Of a DNA stretch of 64,000 bases, positions 58,555-64,000 are shown one piece after another (within the stretch, counting starts at the first letter, position 1; each line of letters begins with the position of its first letter). The notes under the pieces were generated by a model that was not told the DNA's origin, did not search any database, and worked only from the letters and a program-made list of their open reading frames with translations. Location of the stretch: assembly GCA_964016885.1 (NCBI GenBank), contig OZ024750.1, positions 12,648,001-12,712,000 of the forward strand. Reading direction: 5' to 3'. A program made the position numbers and the translations under genes. The DNA is from Eledone cirrhosa (Eukaryota).

Positions 58555-61500
58555 TATATGAATACATAAATACACATATATATATATAAATATATATGAA
58601 TACATAAATACACATATATATATATAAATATATATGAATACATAAATATATACATCATCATCATCATCATCATCATCGTTTAACGTCCGTGTTCCATGCT
58701 TGCATGGGTTTGGACGGAGGGTTTTCCCACTTGAGGCAAGAGTGGTTATCTTGCTCGCATAGGACTGTCTGGCGGGTTTTCTACAGCTGGATGCCCTTCC
58801 TAACACCAACCACATTTACAGTGTGGGGCTGGGAGGTTTTTACCGTGTTGCCTACACGGCCACATTACAGCGTGAACTGTGTGTTTTTTTGACGTGACAC
58901 CTACACGATCTCATTTGTTTCGGCCTGGATGTTGTGGCACCAACATAACTTTACATTGAAAGGGGCGGTGTGGATGGGGTGGGGGTGGTGGGACGGGGGT
59001 GTATTTTGTTAGAGATGCCTACTGACTGTAGTAGGTTTTACTTTGTATTTAGGTAAGGCGGGTCTTCTCTATTACTGAGTACCGCCAAAGGTCTCGGTCC
59101 AGTGACATTGTCTTGGTGAGGTGTAAGCGTGTGAGGTCGGAATTTATACATATATATATATAAATATATATGAATACATAAATACACATAAATATATACA
59201 TATATATATATATAAATATATATGAATACATAAATACACATATATATAAATAGATATAAATACATAAATATATACATATATATATATAAATACATAAATA
59301 CATATATATATATATATATATAAATACATAAATACATATATATATATATATATAAATACATGCTTACACCTCTCCAAGACAATGTCACTGGACCGAGACC
59401 TTTGGCGGTACTCAGTAATAGAGAAGACCCGCCTTACCTAAATACAAAGTAAAAACCTACTACAGTCAGTAGGCATCTCTATCAACCCCCCCCCCCCCCC
59501 CATCCACACCGCCCCTTTCAATGTACAGTTATGTTGGTCCCACAACATCCAGGCCGAAACAAATGAGATCGTGTAGGTGTCACGACAAAAAACACACAGT
59601 CCACGCTGTAAATGTGGCCGTGTAGGCAACACGGTAAAAACCTCCCAGCCCCACATTGTAAATGTGGTTGGTGTTAGGAAGGGCATCCAACTGTAGAAAA
59701 CCCGCCAGACAGTCCTATGCGAGCAAGACAACCACTCTTGCCTCAAGTGGGAAAACCCCCGTCCAAACCCATGCAAGCGTGGAACACGGACGCTAAACAT
59801 GATGATGATGATGATGACATAAATACATAAATACATATATATATATAAATACATAAATATATATATATAAATACATAAATATATATATATATATATATAA
59901 ATACATAAATATATATATATAAATACATAAATACATATATAAATGCATACACAAATACATATGTATATATATGTGTATATATATTTATATGTATGAATAC
60001 ATATATACATATATAAATGCATACATAAATAATATGTATATATATGTGTAAGAGAGAGAGAGAGAGAGATGATCAAAGATGTAGAGGGTCTATCGAGTGA
60101 GGTTACAATGGAGATATATTTAGTGACAAAGTAAGCAAGAATTACAACTGTGTTGGAAAGGAACAAAACAACAAGAAATATTTCAGAAATAATATTAATG
60201 ACAAGGTAAGGAAAATCACATGAGAATATTACATGGTTGTTGATATGAAATATAATCAGTGCTTAGTGTAACAAGTAACAGAGAAAGGATGAAACTTTCA
60301 ATACAAAGCTTTAAATAGAGATATGTTATCCAGAGTGCTCCTGTTTAACCCTTTAGCATTTAAACTGGCCATAGCTGGCCAAAATTCTCTTCCATTTTTT
60401 CTGTTCAAACTGGCCATAACCAGCCATAACCAGCCCCCCATGTTAAGATATTGTTCTCAAAATAAACAATAATGTCATCAAAATATCGGTAGATTCAAGA
60501 TTATGTGAGATAAAGACTTTACCACAAGAATACGATAGTAAATATAGAGTAATGTAAATTTTAAAGAGTTAAAAGAACTATCTACAATATACAGACCAGA
60601 ATAATATGAATAAAGCAAAACAGACAAAATATACTGAAACAACTGTTGTAGAATCACTGATTACAGTGGAAAGGATGAGTACTAGAGTCCAAATTTGACT
60701 AACCACAATAAAAATGGATGCCAATCCCGTTGCCAAATAGTCATTGCTCTTTCCCTCCTTTTCTTCATATATACATTTTACCTCTCAGTTCATCCACATT
60801 AACATTATACAACCAACAGCTAATGTTTGCTTCAGTTCTGTCAAGCTTTCATATATGTTCTGTATTTACCACCAATGTCTCATTGACATACATATTTCTC
60901 ACATAGATATAACACAACCTAACCTTTGCCCTGTTAATAGAGGTAGTAGCTCCATAAACGTTTTCCAGTCTGTTTTTATTCTACCAACTATGTGACTAAA
61001 AAGGTTGGTGTAAGTATTAGAAATGATAGAATAATAGAGAGATAGAAAAATAAAATCATAGAATATATTATTTTTATTTCATAAAGTAAACTATTTAGAA
61101 GTGTAAGAAAACTGAAGTATACGAGAGAAATAGAGCAAAAATGAACAACACTGAACAAAGAGAAACATGACAGAAAACAGTTCAGGACATTAATTAAATA
61201 TAACAGTTAGTGTTCCTCCCAACAGAGACATCATATTTCTTTTCATATTATTTATCTTCTATTAGTTTTGTAAATTATACGTAACTAGTTTCTTTAAATA
61301 TTTACATTAATGAAATCTAATTTTCTATTTTAAAAATAAACATACAAACTAAAATTCAAATCAACATTCTTATTTTAAATTCAAAAAACTGTTTCTTTAA
61401 TTATTTTCTAAATGAAAAATAAGCTTCTTAATTAAAGATTGCATCACATTTCTACGTCATGTGATGTCATGTACCAGTAAATACAGTTGAAAGGGTTGTT

Positions 61501-61862
61501 TCTACTCTTTAATAAGCTAACTGAGGATTTATGGAATAAAGAATTTGGACTTTGTGGGCCTTATAATTACAGAGTTTACTTAAAGTAGTTGAATTGGAAT
61601 TTTACTGTGATAATCATGAAACAGTTTTTTTCTTCTTATAAACAGATAAACAGAAGCATTTTTTTAAAGTTTCGTTTTATAAGGCTCCCAATACATACTG
61701 CAAAGTTGTTGGCATAAGAAGGGACATTCATTCAGCTGTAGAAACCTAGCTATTGGCATAAGAAGGGACATGCAACGTATGAGCAAGAAGGCATCAATTA
61801 ACATGTCTAACTTCAGAACGTCACAGCTTGTGTAACCCATCCAAGTATAGAAAATAAACATG

Positions 61863-61895
<33 letters not shown>

Positions 61896-62151
61896 AAGTA
61901 ATGCTAGAATAGTAATTTTTTTTTTTTAAGAAATTCATGGTTGACTTTAAAAGTCATAAAATATATTACATACAGTTTTAAATCTAGAAACAGGCTTGAA
62001 ATCATTGAATGTAATATTTACCAAAAACCTCAAGAACTGCACTTGCTGTATCACATCCAGCTGAGTTTTCAACAATACAAATGTATATTCCAGCATCAGA
62101 AAGTTCAACTGCACTAATTTCTAAGTAGTTGAAATCCAATGATTGATAAAG
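16635..62151 (-). CDS. MYLK: Myosin light chain kinase-like gene (5' part outside the window): Ig domains, CAMK-group kinase, calmodulin-binding segment
   Basis: 13 exons with GT-AG sites and compatible phases, checked by hand. Motifs [29 protein letters not shown] and ARRKWQ|KNGTAIRAL, similar to smooth-muscle MLCK ARRKWQKTGHAVRAI. The symbol indicates family, not proven orthology. Confidence 0.92.
20463..20722. mobile_element. piggyBac-type MITE
   Basis: TTAA|CCCTTTAGCATTTA ... TAAATGCTAAAGGG|TTAA. Confidence 0.8.
21614..21763 (-). CDS. Candidate 150-nt cassette exon inside the MLCK calmodulin-binding segment
   Basis: ag|[50 protein letters not shown]|gtattg. Phase 0-0, frame-preserving, non-repetitive and more GC-rich than the surrounding intron. 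The acceptor is weak (purine-rich just upstream). Confidence 0.55.
22372..22599. mobile_element. piggyBac-type MITE (same family)
   Basis: TTAA-CCCTTTAG ... AAAGGG-TTAA with the shared internal sequence. Confidence 0.78.
22845..22990 (-). mobile_element. Family E hammerhead-core element, non-palindromic copy
   Basis: Minus strand CTGATGAtttcttttgaatGAAAcagttctattcctgtag, similar to 53650-53780. Confidence 0.6.
23314..23440 (-). CDS. MYLK: MLCK exon: end of kinase and autoinhibitory segment
   Basis: (E)[42 protein letters not shown]; ttttcag/gtgagt; phase 2-0. Confidence 0.94.
23690..24125 (-). mobile_element. Decayed RTE LINE fragment
   Basis: [17 protein letters not shown] resembles the 4476-4882 fragment. 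Confidence 0.7.
24135..24370. mobile_element. piggyBac-type MITE (same family)
   Basis: TTAA-CCCTTTAGCATTTA ... TAAATGCTAAAGGG-TTAA. Confidence 0.8.
24934..25086 (-). CDS. MYLK: MLCK exon: kinase C-lobe
   Basis: (L)[50 protein letters not shown]; atttcag/gtaagt; phase 2-2. Confidence 0.95.
26114..26455 (-). CDS. MYLK: MLCK exon: kinase catalytic core
   Basis: (F)[15 protein letters not shown]...[11 protein letters not shown]...[11 protein letters not shown]...[33 protein letters not shown]; ttcatag/gtaagt; phase 2-2. Confidence 0.96.
27666..27866 (-). CDS. MYLK: MLCK exon: kinase N-lobe
   Basis: (S)[66 protein letters not shown]; tttttag/gtaagt; phase 2-2. Confidence 0.95.
28512..28702 (+). 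repeat. 22-bp minisatellite (gatggtggggatggaaagtcta)n
   Basis: About 8-9 tandem units. Confidence 0.92.
29079..29163 (-). CDS. MYLK: MLCK exon: pre-kinase linker and start of kinase
   Basis: (D)[27 protein letters not shown]; cctgtag/gtaagt; phase 1-2. Confidence 0.9.
29425..29915. repeat. 17-bp minisatellite (gaactagtactaagtac)n
   Basis: About 29 units with no spacers. Confidence 0.95.
31409..31552 (-). CDS. MYLK: MLCK exon: Ig C-half
   Basis: (D)[47 protein letters not shown]; gttatag/gtaagt; phase 1-1. Confidence 0.9.
32184..32540 (-). repeat. Same 22-bp minisatellite in inverted orientation (ctagactttccactcccaccat)n
   Basis: About 16 units. Confidence 0.92.
33258..33328 (-). ncRNA. 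Type I hammerhead ribozyme motif (family B), sense to the MLCK pre-mRNA
   Basis: Reverse complement of the 49173-49243 motif: UGUUUUAU-CUGAUGA-stem II-GAAA-UGCGCA-UA-AUAAAAUA. Confidence 0.78.
33506..34010 (+). mobile_element. Family A element with its 3' tail inverted at the 5' end
   Basis: atattgttatactttgggagggtcatgttgccaataag (33563-33600) is the exact reverse complement of 33973-34010. Hammerhead at 33800. (TA)n on both sides. Confidence 0.75.
33800..33844 (+). ncRNA. Minimal type I hammerhead ribozyme motif (family A)
   Basis: AGUCA-CUGAAGA-G-GUCACA(gagug)UGUGAC-GAAA-G(ga)C-UA-UGACU; predicted cleavage after 33839. Confidence 0.75.
34078..34291. mobile_element. piggyBac-type MITE (same family, opposite orientation)
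   Basis: TTAA flanks and shared internal sequence. Confidence 0.78.
34712..34858 (-). CDS. MYLK: MLCK exon: Ig N-half
   Basis: (D)[48 protein letters not shown]; ttacag/gtaatt; phase 1-1. Confidence 0.87.
38427..38645 (-). CDS. MYLK: MLCK exon: Ig C-part
   Basis: (G)[16 protein letters not shown]...[34 protein letters not shown]; cttccag/gtagga; phase 1-1. Confidence 0.92.
41440..41705 (-). mobile_element. Second tRNA-derived SINE family; also near 30140-30385, 35630-35775, 42790-42930 and 52760-52890
   Basis: Shared gaaatgaagtgttttgctcaagaacacaacac...accactaggcca; A/B-box-like head on the minus strand. Confidence 0.7.
43105..43203 (-). CDS. MYLK: MLCK exon: Ig N-part
   Basis: (S)[32 protein letters not shown]; ttttatag/gtttgt; phase 1-1. 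Confidence 0.88.
44642..44836 (-). CDS. MYLK: MLCK exon: Ig C-half
   Basis: (N)[64 protein letters not shown]; ccctag/gtaagt; phase 1-1. Confidence 0.9.
45435..46365. repeat. 48-bp minisatellite
   Basis: cctgtaagatggtagtgctggtgccacaacaaaaagtacccagtctat, about 19 units. Confidence 0.95.
46608..46724 (-). CDS. MYLK: MLCK exon: Pro-rich linker and Ig N-half
   Basis: (E)[38 protein letters not shown]; tttgtag acceptor, gtaagt donor; phase 1-1. Confidence 0.88.
46860..47260 (-). mobile_element. Two tandem copies of a tRNA-derived SINE; other copies near 2240-2380, 27895-28090, 40785-41005, 47775-47990, 49500-49660 and 50195-50355
   Basis: Shared aaggatgaaaggcaaagttaacctcggcgggatttgaactcag; the opposite strand carries a B-box-like GAGTTCAAATCC. 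Confidence 0.8.
47330..47760 (+). mobile_element. 3' end of an RLE-type (R4/Dong-like) non-LTR retrotransposon
   Basis: Frame-broken [11 protein letters not shown]...[14 protein letters not shown] followed by an (AAT)n tail. Confidence 0.6.
48495..48860 (-). mobile_element. SINE with an RTE-like (GAT)n tail; also near 4172-4440, 35440-35600, 38900-39240 and 52950-53240
   Basis: Shared catcatcgtttaacgtcc...ggatgcccttcctaacaccaacc. Confidence 0.75.
48928..49087. repeat. 160-bp imperfect fold-back palindrome
   Basis: 78-bp arms with about 7 mismatches and a 4-nt loop (ataa) at 49006-49009. Confidence 0.92.
49010..49059 (+). ncRNA. Type I hammerhead motif (family C) in a fold-back element
   Basis: ccaguaUGAG-CUGAGGA-uccgcuaaagu-GAAA-CAAUUG-UU-CUCGguaugg, with palindromic helix III AACAAUUGUU. 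The mirror copy on the minus strand has the better helix II, CC(gcgaa)GG. Confidence 0.65.
49173..49243 (+). ncRNA. Type I hammerhead ribozyme motif (family B)
   Basis: Helix I UGUUUUAU/AUAAAAUA, core CUGAUGA, imperfect helix II (aaac...guuu), GAAA, self-complementary helix III AUGCGCAU, AUA cleavage triplet (after 49235). Confidence 0.8.
50925..52180 (-). mobile_element. Decayed, interrupted RTE LINE fragment
   Basis: [11 protein letters not shown] and [21 protein letters not shown]...[10 protein letters not shown] pieces, with a SINE remnant inserted near 51140-51290. Confidence 0.65.
53591..53703. mobile_element. Perfect 113-bp palindrome with a hammerhead-like core on both strands (family E)
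   Basis: 56-bp arms centred at 53647; CUGAUGA-u-UUCU(aa)AGAA-u-GAAA-cagUUC. Its tail (53704-53780) resembles the copy at 22845-22990. Confidence 0.7.
53967..54387. repeat. ~420-bp fold-back palindrome (1-nt centre)
   Basis: Arms 53967-54181 and 54183-54387 are reverse complements apart from a 10-nt duplication (acaaaattat) in the left arm. Confidence 0.95.
54181..54323 (+). ncRNA. Type I hammerhead motif with a long rod-like helix II (family D)
   Basis: Helix I UCAUUAUUU/AAAUAAUGA (9 bp perfect), CUGAAGA at 54190, ~105-nt helix II region, GAAA at 54303, palindromic helix III AACGAUCGUU, GUU triplet. The base of helix II is non-canonical. Confidence 0.75.
55175..55305 (-). mobile_element. 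Penelope-like terminal fragment with a hammerhead core (family F)
   Basis: CUGAGGA-a-GGGC(uuau)GCCC-GAAAC-guc-GUC between two (TA)n runs; no helix I partner visible. Confidence 0.55.
55855..56115 (-). mobile_element. CR1/L2-type LINE 3' end
   Basis: [20 protein letters not shown]...SFK. A related 3' UTR remnant lies at 31150-31350. Confidence 0.7.
56161..56373. mobile_element. piggyBac-type MITE (same family)
   Basis: TTAA flanks, GCTAAAGGG-TTAA end. Confidence 0.75.
56700..56900. repeat. 53-bp tandem repeat, about 3.7 units
   Basis: agctcacttatttaaataatccatgaacagggcatggctatttcacaatattt. Confidence 0.9.
58335..58492. repeat. 158-bp perfect palindrome without spacer
   Basis: Centre ...ttgaagacctaatcgcta|tagcgattaggtcttcaa... 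Confidence 0.95.
58653..59816. repeat. Inverted pair of ~460-bp SINE/RTE-tail copies with an AT-rich spacer
   Basis: 58653-59128 is nearly the reverse complement of 59362-59816. Confidence 0.9.
60345..60572. mobile_element. piggyBac-type MITE (same family)
   Basis: TTAA-CCCTTTAGCATTTAAACTGGCC start. Confidence 0.75.
62022..62151 (-). CDS. MYLK: MLCK exon: C-terminal half of an I-set Ig domain
   Basis: ctttcacag|[43 protein letters not shown]|gtaaat. DxGxYxC motif. Ends in phase 1, matching the next exon. Confidence 0.85.
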
Positions 62152-62506
62152 CTGTGAAAGTTTTGGGGAAGAAAAGAAAATAAAAAAAATAAATAAAAGT
62201 TACAAACTAAATTAAACTATCAGAAAGGAAGGTAGTGAATAATTTGGAAATAAAAACATACAAAGTAGTAACTCCATTGAATATTTTGGTTGTGGGTAAA
62301 ATTGGATTGAATAGTAAATATAGGTTTCCATTTATTTTGTGCATGAATATATAAAATGAATGAAAATTAAATTAAAAAAGATAAAAGAAAAAACGTTAAT
62401 CAAAAGAGGAATGAATCTATGCCTTCTTTTATTGACATTTTGGTGTATTTACAGCTATATTATAATTCCTCATCCAACACTGCCAATTTCCTCCACAAAA
62501 TAAATA

Positions 62507-62785
62507 TGAAACCGGTGTAATATTCACCCCCAAAGTGATACCGGTGTAATATTCAACCCCAAAGTGAAACCAGTGTAATATTGACCCCCAAAGTGAAACT
62601 GGTGTAATATTCACCCCCAAAGTGAAACTGGTGTAATATTCACCCCCAAAGTGAAACTGGTGTAATATTGACCCCCAAAGTGAAACCAGTGTAATATTGA
62701 CCCCCAAAGTGAAACTGGTGTAATATTGACCCCCAAAGTGAAACCGGTGTAATATTGACCCCCAAAGTGAAACCAGTGTAATATT
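62507..62785. repeat. 29-bp minisatellite
   Basis: gtgaaactggtgtaatattgacccccaaa, about 9-10 units. Confidence 0.92.
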
Positions 62786-62924
62786 CTCTTTCTAAGCAAA
62801 AAATCTTTTAGCAACATCTTATTTACATAGAATTTTGAAGTTGGTGAAAATCAGCAAAATATTGACATCAAATATAAGCCGACACCTCCATCGATTATTT
62901 TATTTGTTACATATTTCTCAGCTT

Positions 62925-64000
62925 ATATACAAGTATATACAGTAATTCTATCTATAAGTATATACAGTAAGTCTATATACAAGTATATACAGTAATTCTA
63001 TCTACAAGTATATACAGTAATTCTATCTACAAGTATATACAGTAATTCTATCTACAAGTATATACAGTAATTCTATCTACAAGTATATACAGTAATTCTA
63101 TCTACAAGTATATACAGTAATTCTATATACAAGTATATACAGTAATTCTATCTACAAGTATATACAGTAATTCTATCTACAAGTATATACAGTAATTCTA
63201 TCTACAAGTATATACAGTAAGTCTATCTACAAGTATATACAGTAATTCTATCTACAAGTATATACAGTAATTCTATCTACAAGTATATACAGTAATTCTA
63301 TCTACAAGTATATACAGTAATTCTATCTACAAGTATATACAGTAATTCTATCTACAAGTATATACAGTAATTCTATCTACAAGTATATACAGTAATTCTA
63401 TATACAAGTATATACAGTAATTCTATCTACAAGTATATACAGTAATTCTATCTATAAGTATATACAGTAAGTCTATATACAAGTATATACAGTAAGTCTA
63501 TATACAAGTATATACAGTAAGTCTATATACAAGTATATACAGTAATTCTATATACAAGTATATACAGTAATTCTATCTACAAGTATATACAGTAATTCTA
63601 TATACAAGTATATACAGTAATTCTATCTACAAGTATATACAGTAATTCTATATACAAGTATATACAGTAATTCTATATACAAGTATATACAGTAATTCTA
63701 TATACAAGTATATACAGTAATTCTATCTACAAGTATATACAGTAATTCTATCTACAAGTATATACAGTAATTCTATATACAAGTATATACAGTAATTCTA
63801 TCTACAAGTATATACAGTAATTCTATCTACAAGTATATACAGTAATTCTATTTACAAGTATATACAGTAATTCTATATACAAGTATATACAGTAATTCTA
63901 TCTACAAGTATATACAGTAATTCTATCTACAAGTATATACAGTAATTCTATATACAAGTATATACAGTAATTCTATATACAAGTATATACAGTAATTCTA
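62925..64000. repeat. 25-bp minisatellite running off the window
   Basis: tacaagtatatacagtaattctatc, more than 40 units. Confidence 0.96.

Noticed and set aside
62429-64000. 29-bp and 25-bp arrays as CRISPR or telomere
   Set aside because: Head-to-tail units with no spacers, and not TTAGGG-like.

Overview
AT-rich, repeat-dense animal genomic DNA. The SINE, RTE-LINE and microsatellite content resembles Octopus/coleoid cephalopod DNA (from recall, not a search). Most of the window is the 3' part of a minus-strand, multi-exon myosin light chain kinase (MLCK/MYLK-like) gene. Thirteen exons (62151->16635) splice in frame with GT-AG sites. They encode 3.5 I-set Ig domains, an intact kinase domain and a calmodulin-binding segment. 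A candidate cassette exon splits that segment, and the TAG stop is followed by an in-frame open extension. A convergent plus-strand exon (403-1304) and a ~7.4 kb (TA/CA)n tract lie downstream. The most notable signal is a set of sequence-unrelated short elements, mostly next to (TA)n runs, that carry type I hammerhead-ribozyme motifs resembling those of Penelope-like elements. Several are duplicated as fold-back palindromes, so a hammerhead core lies on both strands. The rest is LINE fragments, SINEs, piggyBac-type MITEs and minisatellites. Nearly all long ORFs in the supplied track are microsatellite artefacts.
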